A stretch of DNA of 64,000 bases from Oikopleura dioica (Eukaryota > Animalia > Chordata), in NCBI GenBank assembly GCA_907165135.1, contig OU015566.1, positions 12,772,001-12,836,000 of the forward strand, given 5' to 3'. A program made the translations under genes and the position numbers. The notes beneath the pieces are model-generated. The model did no database searches. It was not told the DNA's origin and was given only the letters and a program-made list of their open reading frames with translations. Below, in pieces: positions 1 through 11,325 of this stretch; position 1 is the first letter of the stretch, and each line of letters starts with the position of its first letter.

Positions 1-443
1 TTGGCGAAAACGTTGGCGAAGTTCTTCTTGGGGAAGGAGCCGTCGCAGCCGTAGGTTCGGACGAAGGATCGGAGGGCAGATCCGAGCTGGCTGTTGAGCT
101 TGCAGAAGTTGTCCTGATCAAAGACGAGGACTTCGTCGGATTCTTCGGCAGAGGGGCAAGGGAAGGTAGTGTCGATCTTGGCGACATCGGCGAAGACCTT
201 GTCGACCCACTTCTGGGCTCGGGCGACGTTCTTGTCGGAGGTGGTGGTGTTGTTGTCGGCCAAGTCAAGGAGGGTTTCGGCGTGTCCTCGGAGCTTGTTG
301 ATTCGCCTGACGGGGCTAAAGAATTGATTTATTCCTTGTTCAAAATATTCAGTTTCTCTCTCTCTGTTGACTTTTCTTGCAATAACTTACTCCTTGTTTT
401 TGCCAGCAGCGGCGACGACGAAGAGGGTGGCGGCGAGCTTCAT
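1..443 (-). CDS. Small secreted 4-Cys module protein, paralog 1 (3' end runs off window); exons 443-391 and 315-<1
   Basis: Translates MKLAATLFVVAAAGKNKD|PVRRINKLRGHAETLLDLADNNTTTSDKNVARAQKWV...VFDQDNFCKLNSQLGSALRSFVRTYGC. Signal-peptide exon, GT-AG intron, homologous to ORF 1500..1892. Confidence 0.9.
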
Positions 444-1270
444 TTTTATATTTCAAGTTTTTATCTAACTTAATTTATTGAAGGTCTCTTCGTTCATTTT
501 ATACTGTTTTCGTATCCATCGTGCGCTTGGTGGTGCTGGTGCTAGGTCACTTCGTAAATGCAACCGTTGCATTTTCGACAGCTCCGGGCTAACTAACGCT
601 ACATGAGTTTTGCAATTCTTTTTTTAGTAGATCGTTAATGAGGCCAGTTTTATTTTAATTTTGAAAGACAAAAAATCAAAAATATACAATTCTGATTCTT
701 CAAGTCTTCATGAAAATGCCTTGATTGATAATTTAGAACCCTCGCGTCCACCATTGTTTCTTTCTAAATTTCCACGTGCTTCAAAAGATTCACTCGTGAA
801 AATAAGTCCGACAATCAAAAATTCAGATCCTACCGCTGCTATTAACGAATAAAAAAAGTGACAGCCGGTGATTTTTGAGGCTTTTTATAAGTATTTGATT
901 TTATCTCAGATTTATAATCGCCAGCTCAAAATTCATGGATAAAAACAAAAAAAAATGAAGCTTGCTACGGTCTTTTATCGCAGCTGTATTCGCTTAGAAA
1001 TAAGTTATTTCAAATAACGAAAGATAGCTTTCGTCAGAAATACGCTTGAAAATTAGATAATTTTTTAGCCCGGAAAAGCGGATCGCCAAGATGCTTTGCT
1101 CGAATTGCTGATTATCAAAATAAAAATAAATTCATCTATCGTGTTTATTATTTTTGATCAACTTTGTAAATGATCAAAACGCGGAAGCAAAGATGCCGTT
1201 CTTATAGTAAGAAGATATATTACTTCAAGAGGTTAAGCATGCGACTGCTCTGACCCGCAACTCCTGGCGC

Positions 1271-1314
1271 GCGCCACCTTGTGTCGCACCACCACCGCCA
1301 AAAATAGTATAAAT
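1271..1314 (+). promoter_or_regulatory. CTCF-like motif (GCGCCACCTTGTGT, 1271-1284) plus TATA (GTATAAAT, 1307-1314) upstream of paralog 2
   Basis: Reverse complement ACACAAGGTGGCGC matches the CTCF core CCASYAGRKGGCRS at 12/14. The same layout recurs at six other genes. Confidence 0.5.
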
Positions 1315-1376
1315 CTAAGAATCGGCGGCTGATAAATCATTGTAATTCAGATATTTGAATACCAACATCACCAAAA

Positions 1377-1892
1377 ATGAAACTCGCCGTTGCCGTCTTC
1401 GCCGTCGCCACTGCTGGCAAGAACAAGGAGTAAGTAGTCAACAACTAGAGATATTAAATATAAGCATTTATGCTTGAATGATATTATTGATCGTAAAATG
1501 TGCAAATATTCATCTCGACTTTTAGCCCCGCCAAGCGATTGGCTAAGCTCGAAGGACACGCCGCTACCCTCCTCGACTTGGCTGACAACAACACCACCAC
1601 CTCCGACAAGAACGTCGCCCGAGCCCAGAAGTGGGTCACCCGAGTCTTCGACCAGGCCAAGGATCTCGACACCACCTACCCATGCCCAGAAGCTGATGCT
1701 GACGCCGATGAAGTCCTCGTCTTCGACCAGGAAGACTTCTGCAAGCTCAACGGTCAGCTCGCCTCTGCTCTCCGATCCTACATCCGAGTCTTTGGCTGCC
1801 CCGAATCCTACCCCAAGAAGAACTTCCCCAACACCTTCGCCAAGCGAACCAACCGAATGCGAAACATCTTCGCCCGAATTGCCGACTGCTAA
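1377..1892 (+). CDS. Small secreted 4-Cys module protein, paralog 2; exons 1377-1429 and 1526-1892
   Basis: MKLAVAVFAVATAGKNKD|PAKRLAKLEGHAATLLDLADNNTT...FCKLNGQLASALRSYIRVFGC...IADC*. Canonical GT-AG intron; AATAAA after the stop. Confidence 0.92.
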
Positions 1893-2034
1893 ACATTTTA
1901 ACCGTTCTGGAATAAATACGCATTCGTTTATACATAACCCCCTGTCTCTTCATTTTTCTTTTGACATTTTTGAAAATCAGAAAAATGAGCATTTTATTAT
2001 TTTATTTGGGAATTTAAAGGAAGCGGGAAGGTTT

Positions 2035-2486
2035 TTAACAGTCACCAGCGCGGGAGAAAATGTTCTTGACGCGATTTGTTCGTTTGGCGAAAACATTTTC
2101 AAAGTTCTTCTTTGGGTAGGTCTCCAGGCAGCCGAATTTGCGGACGTAGGATCGAAGTGCGCTCTGAACTTGGCCCGTGAGCTTGCAGTAGTTGTCCTGG
2201 TCGAAGACGAGGATATCACTGGCTTCATCGGCATCGACGGTCTCGCAGAGAGTGACGTTAATTTGGCCAGCTTGTTCAAGGAGTTTGTCAACCCATTGAA
2301 CAGCTCGAGCAACTCGAGCGTCAGAAGCAGTGGTGTTATTCTCCATCAGATCGAGAAGAGTCCTCAAGTGATTGCTAATCTTGTTCAATCGCTTTTCAGC
2401 GCTAGAAATGGCTGGATCATTGAGTCACTAAATCTGTCTTACTTTTGAGCGGAAGCGACGGCAACAAAAAAAGTGGTGAGTTTCAT
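2035..2486 (-). CDS. Small secreted 4-Cys module protein, paralog 3; exons 2486-2443 and 2401-2035
   Basis: MKLTTFFVAVASAQN|AEKRLNKISNHLRTLLDLMENNTT...YCKLTGQVQSALRSYVRKFGC...AGDC*. Confidence 0.92.
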
Positions 2487-2804
2487 TTTCAAAGAAGATA
2501 AAAAATTTTTATGAGACAAAGCTTGATGCTGACCGTTTTTATACTGGCAATCATGACCAGATGCGCTAGAGGGAGACCAAAAGATTTTTGATTACAAGGA
2601 TAAACCTAACCACGAGCTATTCAAATTTCACAAATAGTTGCGGTATAATTTAACACCATCACCTCACGTTTTCATGCTTTTCTGAACAAAAACTGAATTT
2701 TTAAGTCTGAAAGTCAGCATTTTTAAACGTTTTTAAACGTTTTTATTAAAAATTTTTATTGAAAAATAGTAAAGTTAGTACAAAAGAAGTTTGAAATAAG
2801 AGTC

Positions 2805-3268
2805 TCAACAGTCGCCAGCGCGGGAGAAAATGTTCTTGACACGGTTCGTTCGCTTGGCAAAAACAGCTTCGAAGTTCTTCTTTGGGTAGGTCTCTTTGCA
2901 GCCGAAGGTGCGGACGTACGATCGAAGAGCGCTCTGCACTTGGCCAGTGAGTTTGCAAAAGCTCTCCTGGTCGAATACGAGGGCATCACCAGCTTCATCC
3001 ACAGCATCGACGGTTGCGCAGAGAGTCGCGTTGATTTGGCCAGCTTGGCCGAGGAGCTTGCTGACCCAGGCGTTTGCTCGGGCAACTCGAGCGTCAGAAG
3101 CAGTGGTGTTATTGTCCATCAAATCAAGGAGGGTGTCCATGTGGCCGCTGATCTTGTTCAGTCGCTTTTCAGCGCTAGAAATTTGCATTTAGAAATTTAT
3201 TCAACACCAGATCTATCTTACTTTTGAGCAGAAGCAGCGGCAACGAGAAGAGTAGTGGAGAACTTCAT
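2805..3268 (-). CDS. Small secreted 4-Cys module protein, paralog 4; exons 3268-3222 and 3174-2805
   Basis: MKFSTTLLVAAASAQN|AEKRLNKISGHMDTLLDLMDNNTT...FCKLTGQVQSALRSYVRTFGC...AGDC*. Confidence 0.92.
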
Positions 3269-3356
3269 TTTTCAAGAAAAAAAAGAGTTTTTTGGTCTCT
3301 AGTCGGATTATGTCTTGCTTGACAAAATTTGATGCTGGATTGACCACGTCTATCTG

Positions 3357-3395
3357 TTTTATACTGAGTTTATCAGCAGATGCACTAGGGGGCAC
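3357..3395 (-). promoter_or_regulatory. TATA (CAGTATAAAA on minus) plus CTCF-like motif (plus-strand GCACTAGGGGGCAC, 3382-3395) upstream of paralog 4
   Basis: 13/14 match to the CTCF core consensus, 16 nt from the TATA box. Confidence 0.5.
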
Positions 3396-4032
3396 TCACG
3401 TTAACTCTGTTTGTGGATGGATGTCCTTATCTACACTAGAATCGTGGTGAGCGAAAAAAGGGTGAAGGGGGAATAAAGCAATAATGATGAGCTTCCATTT
3501 TTAGGCCGGGTTCCGTCACCAAATCCTTCGAAATCCTTCGGATTTTCCATTTCAAACCTAATCCTACCGCAAAGAATTTTAAAACGGGCACATCGTTGCG
3601 GTATTATTAAATTCAGAATCGCGTAAGACATGTTTTCAGGCTGTTTAAAAGTCGTGTTTTTAGGATCGTTTCATATTTTTTATTAAATAAAAGAAGACAA
3701 TGTGAAATAAATAAGAACCGTGTTTTGCATGGCATATAATTAACATTCGTTTGGCTTGAAGAAAGACAAAAGTAGAAGGAAAGAAATTGTGAAAATAAAA
3801 AAGTTGAAAATTATTATCAGTCAGTGGCAATCAGTCACGGTAATCGAGGTTTTTTGCGTTTTTTTTTGTTCGTTTTATGGTCTTGGTTCTTGAAAATGCT
3901 GCTGATGATGATTGGGAGGAAATTTTGATAGTCTAGCAAAAATTATAGAACAAGCAATAAAAAAGATCGGTTGAAATGTTGAAAGCAGTGGAACTTTTTT
4001 GGCTTTTGTGTTTTTTGAGCTTTGTTTTAACT

Positions 4033-6073
4033 TTAGACGGAGGAGATTGTGGATCCGGAGCTGCCAGAATTGCCGAAAGAGACGATTGAGAAGCGCTCCA
4101 TGTCCATTGTTAGATCCACTAAAATTTTAATAATAAAAAAGGCTTCTTTTCAGTATTTGAGAAAGATCGATTTATGTGTCGTGGATGATTTATTGCTTAA
4201 AAATGACTTCGAAAATGATCGATGACCGGAAAAGAAATCGAAAAGCGGAGGCAGATTTTTGCGACACTATCAATTTAACTTTGGCTGGCTCATTCCAGGA
4301 CAAAATTGACTTACTATGCTCAAGATTACTGAGGCTTGGTTTTTTCTTGTGCTGCTTCTGAATCTTTGTTTCTCGCGAGCAGCCAAACGCGACTTTGAAT
4401 CTTTGGAAGCCAAGGGACCAGAATTCTGCGAATCCCAATAGTACGGAAATGCTCCCTAAAAAGAATTAAGGAAGAATCTCTTGATTAAAAAAACTAACCA
4501 ACTATAAACATGAACCAAAGGAAGATTGTCTTTTCGTATGCCCTAGAAATCCAACACTCTGTTGCTTGAGGACAAGGGTCTCCGATGCAAATGTACTTTA
4601 GCGGAACTTGGAAACCGAACAGGTAGTACTGTAGCCACAGAAAACCGCCTTCGATCGCGGTTCTTATCAGCACTTGAGAAAATTTAGAAATGTAATTCGT
4701 AAGTGTTTACGGTAAGCGCTAATTTGAGTGCTAAAATTGAAAGCATCAATTACCTTGCCACCAATATGCACGCGCGATGTCGGGATGATGCAGCGGCCTG
4801 TACTTTCCGGGAAACTCGGAAGATGGAAAAGGCTTCCGAGTTGAAGGCGATCTTTCAATGTAAGTAACGTACTTGTTGTTTTTCCCATCGTAGACTGGAT
4901 ATCCTGCATTGTCGTTGTCTGTAAAATACAGAGGCGGATCTCCAACGCCCAGATGCGCGTTTGGACCAGACCCGTTCGGCTGAATAAGCCTATCTTCCTC
5001 GTCTGGTTTCGTTTTCAACGGGGACATTGTATGGCGGGATATACTTCCGGGATCGGAAAAGTTCGACTTTGGCGCTCGACTTTTATGACCAGAGTGATTT
5101 GAGCCTGCGTGTTTTCGATTTCGGAGAGAGTTCATTACACGGTGCTTTTTCTTGTGCGCCCTTTTTGCTAGCTTTTCTTCCCTCTCCCTAAAATATTCTA
5201 GCGGCAAAAGAGAAAAGATTTGCTCACCTGATTTTAGTAAACTTTGCTTCATCTTTCTTCCTTTCGTTCCTCGTTATCAAGTTGGTAGCATAAGCAAGAA
5301 AGACAATCGGAGGAGTGGCAGTTATGATCACCATCGCAGACCAAAATCGCAAATGCGAAATCGGAGAAAATTTACTATAGCAGACCTTGAAGTCAGATTT
5401 TAGATTCAGAGTCCCGACGCGAAGAAATTTCAAACCTGATTGCAGCCAGGAGTATTCGTGTTGCAAACGAACTGATCTTGTTCATCTCCGTACACTTGAT
5501 CTCCCACCCTGGCTATCATCACCATTCGGAAGGCAAACATGACCATTATCCATCTACGATTCAAAGTTTAGTTGAAAATCAAAATGTGAAGAACATTTTT
5601 TGGGTACCAAATTAGCCTAGAATCCTTGACATTTGAAAAATTCTCACGGCAATAAGAATAAGGGCGTCGCCTCTCTACTTCGGTGAATATTTCGGGTTAG
5701 CTGTCCTGTTAAACGTGGTAAAACGAAAGTTATCTGTGTTGAAAATTACGATAACAGTGAGCAAATGAGAACGTCAGCAAAAATGAATCTATCATTGACA
5801 TGTTCAGGCACGGGCTCAGTGTTTGGGGCTAATCCCATGGGCAACAGATCCGCTTTTTATCTGCAGGATTAATCTTTTAATGCTGCTCCTGCTGATAGGA
5901 GAAAAATACTCGTTAAACCGAATGATAACGTTCGTAAAAAGGGTTCTATCTGAGGCTCTAAGTGAGCGATTTCTGCGCTCTGCGCTTTTTGATCTTTGAA
6001 CTTACAATTTGCCAGGAAAAGTGGAGATTTTCCTGCAATTCTCCAGTAGATTGTGCAGCACATGCCAGGCCAT
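4033..6073 (-). CDS. Connexin (gap-junction protein), about 7 exons
   Basis: Spliced translation MAWHVLHNLLENCRKISTFPGKLW...[35 protein letters not shown] (E1, 3 Cys) and YICIGDPCPQATECWISRAYEKTIFLWFM (E2, 3 Cys). These are the diagnostic connexin loops. Confidence 0.93.
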
Positions 6074-9000
6074 GTTTCTCTCTTTTCTTCTTGGCTTCTC
6101 TCGTCGCGTTTTCTCCTTCGCTCAAGTCATTTCCTCGTTGATCTTTTTTAACAAGCCACGGAAGCAAATTGTAGATCGTCGCGGAACAGAACTAAACTAT
6201 CTACTGTTACTCTATTATTCTGAGTCTAAAACAAGCAGATAACAAAACGGTTTATGTCACTAAATCGCTTCATTTGCGTTTCAGAACGTAAAACTTTCTT
6301 TACGCTCGTAAAATTATTCGTAAAACGGACGTTTTTCTACGTACGCTGTAGTTTTTTTTACTACAGATAAGATCCGTTCTGGCAGCTAGACGGACACTTG
6401 GTATATCCTCACTGTCAAAATTAGCGAAATTCTCGGAAAGCCTTACCGATTTTTGAAAGAAAAAATGTCTCTTTATCGCGAAAAGTGCTGAGAAAAAAAG
6501 TCTGGCAATTTACGATCTGCTTGGATAAGGATTGGCGCTTTCTAAGCTTTTGAATATATATTTTTCGAAAAGAGAGGGAGGCAGCTAATTTTCCAGCTGA
6601 TTTCATCGAGCGTCGATTCAAAAGCAAAAGCAAAACCACTGAACCCCTACTTGAGATCTACTTTAGGGTATTTTAAAAAGATAAAGATGTTTACTCTGTA
6701 ATTTTCTCAAGACTGACGTATGAGAAGTCAACTGTTAAAGCTTTTTATGATGAAAATTCTTGGAGGATAAAACATTTAGTAAAATATATTATCAGTAATT
6801 CAATTGATTATAAAAAAGCCATAATTATTAAAAGAAAATATTCCATAGATAATTTAATAAACGAATAAAATCTTGAATTTAGATTGAAAAGAAATCCCGC
6901 ATAATGCTAAAGGTAGTGAAAACTTATCTACTGTAATTCTAGCCGACTAACTTTGATGAAAACAACACCTGATCAAATTGAATTTAACTTTTTCCCTCGA
7001 AGGACCTCTTTTATCCAAAGTCGGGATATAAAATCTGTCTATGGTTCTTTAAGAAAATCAGTGAGACAATGAACACTTGCGTGAGAAACTGCAGAAGGTG
7101 AATAGTTCTGACCTAAGTTGGGTGATTAACCTCCTTCAAGTTTTACAACGGCGCTTTGCGGTGTCTTTATGAAAAAAATAAAATAACGACCAAAAGAAAT
7201 GTCAATTATATATTTCAATATTTGTTTGTTTATTTTGTCTCTCGCTCGAAAATGCTAGTTTTCTTCAGGTAATATATCTGTAACAAAGGCTTACCGTCTT
7301 GTTTGTGAGGCAATACTGTTCTCTGAAAAAATGGGAGACATTGAAAGTTGCCCTTGAAGCAATTTTTGGGTATGATTTCTGCGGCTAATCCCCTGCTGAG
7401 AATCCGCCGTAAAAGGTGTCGAAAGTAACACGGTCAAATTTACTCGCTGATTTATCGAATTAACGTACCTTAATATCACAAGTTCTAGTTTCTCTTCCAG
7501 GAAAAATAAAAGGAAAATTGAACTAAGTCCGTAACATAAAGGTTGTCAGAAACGACAAAACTGGCATTTTTGTGGATAGTATTCTCTGAACACGCTTTCC
7601 AGACAGATTTAGTCTGATGACCAAAATTTTTAATTGAGAAAAAAAATAGCCGGATCGATTTTCTAGCAATAAATTTCTCTCTAACCTTAGCTTGAAGTTT
7701 CGCTGCAGCGAGATACGTGTTTCTTCAGTAAGCGGGCTGGCCTCTTACTGTAACGGTTAGTAGCTGATGACAAGTTCTTGCCTCCTCACGGCCTTACACG
7801 GAAATACACGAATTTTATATTAAGGGTTGCTTGACAGCGCGCTAAGGGGCTTCGGGCTCACTGTCGACTTCTTGAATAAATTTAAATTTTCTTCTGGATT
7901 AAAGTATTCTCTCTGTGTGTGTATCAAAACGGCGGAGAAAAACAATAGAGATTATATTTTGGGCGTTTTTTGTTTAGAGCGCAAGAATAGAGCTCAATTG
8001 AGATTTTACTTTTTTTAACGAGGAAAAGGTATACTCTGCGGGTAGAGCCTGAGTTTAAAGAGTTAAACGCGAGATGGAGATGAATGAGCCTCTGACGGGC
8101 CCGACGACGATGACCGGTTAAGAAAACGTAAAGTGAGAACGCTTTGAGAGTGATCAATCTTCATTCCGCGTTTGATTGCTGACACGAGTTTTCGCACGGA
8201 GTTTGTTTATCAAAAACGCTGCAAGTAACTTTCAGGGTGCAAAAAGCAAAGGAGTGATTTATGCGTTGCTCACCTTATCATCACCTTGTTGAGGTTGATG
8301 GAGGACGGGAGAATAGCGAGGTCAAACTCTACGAAAAATTATTTTTCCCATGATTCCGCAGTTTTCCACCTGCGGAAGTGGCGGCATGCAATTCATTTTA
8401 AGGGTGTGACAAGTGAATGAATCCTGTCATTTGGGATTGGCGCGATAAATTGTCAGCCAATTTGCAAAACACAGAAATACAGAAAAAATCAACCGTGTGA
8501 AAATAAACTGAAATAAACTTACAATTAGCTAGACCCTTCTTCTTTAAAATGAAACTCTCTGTATTTTAGAAACTCGATATTATTTTTTCTTCCATTTTTG
8601 TTGTTTTCTCGACCCTTTGGGAAAAAAATTCTGGCACAGAGGTGCCCCCTTTTCCGCCCATAAACAAAGCAAATGCCGTAAAAAGTCATTGATGCCTGGA
8701 GTAATTACTCGCGTGGGGATTTCTTTGAACCTTTCGACAACTTGAAACCTTGACTCACTGGATAGTTTTGGCATGTTTCTCCACTTACCCTCGTTTTTCA
8801 AGCTTTTTTGCTGATCTCTGGAAGCTTTTTCCGCCTTTTGTGGTGATTTCTGACTCCGTAATCGGAAATCTGAGCGGGATGATGGCTCTAACGCGATATA
8901 TAATATTTCGCCAAGAAATTCGCGAAAATTGGACAATTGACGCCTTCAAAGGCTCAATTATTCTGGGCGCGCTTGAACAACTTTCGAATTTCACATCAAT

Positions 9001-9335
9001 TTGTGAATTTACAACCTGCTAAATTGGTACAGCTCGTTTTCGTGTGATAAACTTTCTATTCTAGCTCCACAGGTTCTTCTAGCAAGATTGATCGCCACTC
9101 CACTTTGCCACCTGTTCTCCCTAATTTAAGCTAAACAACTTGTATCCAATTTACGAGAAATTAAGCCCCTCCGTTGAATCGCTGATAAGGAGCTCCTGTT
9201 GGAGTTGGAGGGCGCTCACGTTAATTTCTGCTGATAAGGAGAACTATAAAACTCGGTGGGAGATTCTAAGCAGCATCAACTTCCAGTGAACCAACACAGG
9301 AAAAAAAATACAATAGCTCTTTTTAAAACTCGAAA

Positions 9336-9808
9336 ATGAAAGTCACCGCTCTCCTCGTCGCCGCTGCTTCTGCTCAAAAGTAAGTTTCTTCCTTGATTTC
9401 AGCAACCAACTTCGAACTATCACTAATCTTCATTCTAGCGCCGAAAAGCGATTGAACAAGATCAGCAGACATATGGACACTCTCCTCGATTTGATGGAAA
9501 ACAACACCACCGCTTCCGTCGCCAGAGTTGGCCGAGCAAACGCTTGGGTCACCAAGCTCCTCAGCCAGGCTGGCCAAATCAACGCCACCCTTTGCGCCAC
9601 AGTCGAATCCATCGACGAAGCCGGTGATGCCCTCGTTTTCGACCAGGAAAGCTACTGCAAGCTCACCGGACAAGTGCAAACTGCCCTTCGCTCCTACGTC
9701 CGCACCTTCGGCTGCCCCGAGACGTACCCAAAGAAGAACTTCGAAGCTGTTTTTGCCAAACGAACGAACCGCGTCAAGAACATTTTCTCCCGCGCTGGTG
9801 ACTGTTGA
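9336..9808 (+). CDS. Small secreted 4-Cys module protein, paralog 5; exons 9336-9379 and 9439-9808
   Basis: MKVTALLVAAASAQN|AEKRLNKISRHMDTLLDLMENNTT...YCKLTGQVQTALRSYVRTFGC...AGDC*. Very close to paralog 4. Confidence 0.92.
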
Positions 9809-9990
9809 GACATTCATTTTCAACTAACTTTTTTGTACTTTCTTTTGTAATAAACCTTTTCAATTAAAAACCTTGTTGTTCTTGAAAGCTTTTACTTGAC
9901 AAAAAAGCTTGTTCTTCGTCAAGAAGGATGATTAAAACGGTGAATTTTATTCATAAGTTATCGGCAGCTAAAGAAGCGCAGTCAGAAAAG

Positions 9991-11228
9991 TTACCAGTCT
10001 CCGAACAGCAAGCTCATTGTCTTCCCCATAAAAGAGTTGTCCTGAAACGAACGTTATTTCAAACAGTAAAAAGTAGGGGCTACTTTTTTAGGAGCGTTGG
10101 TTTCATTAGCGTAGTGATTGGTGGTGCTCATGCTGTGGCCTGCGACCGAGTGCATGCGGCGCATTCCTCGCCGGGTGGGCGTTCCGGAGATGGATGGGGA
10201 GAAGCTGTTGAACGATCGGTCCCCGAGAACGCTTCGGTTCCGCGGCGGTACGTTTTCAGACCCAGTTTGGTTCGCGCTGAAGGTGTTTCCGAACTAGAGA
10301 AGTTTTTGTTAGAATTTTGTTTTCGGAGAGGGGCATTTACCTTTGTCATATCTACTGAAGCCACTTGTTCCTGTCCTGGATCTACGATGCAGGGTATCAC
10401 TCCTATCATGATGTTTCCGTCAATGATCTTTCCATTTTTACTCAAGGCCTTTTGAGCTTGCATTTTATTCGAGTACTGTACGTGAATCCAATTAGCATTT
10501 TCGGTCTAAAAGGCGCATTCAAACTCTTGTGATCATGAAAATATCTCTACCTGTGGTATGTAGTTGACAATGACGCCGTATTGTCTAAATTGTCGAATTA
10601 TAAACGCCTCAGCAGCACTTGGAAATCCGAAAATTGTGATCCAAGTAGGATCGCTCGTCACGCGCCCTCCGTTTTGAAAGAACGGATCCAACTGAGTCGG
10701 CGACTGAAGAATGGGATTAAAAATTAAAAAAAAAGATATCTCTTTACTTTTGGAGCGCCGTTTTGAGTGTGTTGATTGATGGACGTATTCTGCTCTTCAG
10801 AAATTATCATTGATGCATTTCCGCCGACAGATTTGTTATGAGCGTGAGGACTGGGAGGAGAAAAAAGAGCATTCAATGACGCGACTGGAGGTCCGAGTGA
10901 TTTTACTTCTGTTCTGTCTGGCAATCGGGGCTTGGCAAGCTTAAATATCGATAAGATTATCGAAAGATAATTGGGTACAAAGTCACCTGACTTTCGCTTC
11001 GTGATCCTGGTGTTCCGGGTGTCTGTGATTTTGGAGAAACTGCTGATTGAAGTGATCTGGTGACTGTAGGCGTGGATTGACTCGATCCGATCAAGAAATT
11101 TGGCAGAAATGTTTGGCTCCCAGGCTTGCTCAATCTATCACTTTCACTCAGAAGACAGAACAATTAAAGTGCGCTTACCGATCATTACTTTGCTGGGGCG
11201 AGCCAAGGGACATCGGCTCAACATCCAT
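9991..11228 (-). CDS. NUP35: Nucleoporin NUP35/NUP53
   Basis: [22 protein letters not shown] segment [23 protein letters not shown]...[35 protein letters not shown], and C-terminal helix [12 protein letters not shown]. Confidence 0.9.
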
Positions 11229-11325
11229 TATCCCTTTTCAATTCTAAGGAAAAGGAATGAGAAGTAAAATTTCTTTCAATGGTTTAGTATCAGTATTAAA
11301 AATGAAGTGACATGGGCAGATGAAT

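Noticed and set aside
1474-2448. 324-aa plus-strand ORF
   Set aside because: Shadow frame: an alternative frame of paralog 2 joined to the antisense of paralog 3, with S/T/P/R-rich off-frame composition.
6100-9300. Short ORFs (60-118 aa) between the connexin and paralog 5
   Set aside because: No recognisable domains, no consistent exon chain, and composition like non-coding AT-rich DNA.
9374-9823. Antisense and off-frame ORFs over module genes (also 1977-2312, 2940-3227, 50093-50491, 51418-52234, 53799-54131)
   Set aside because: Codon-bias shadows of the real genes; they recur in each paralog with no independent start or splice signals.
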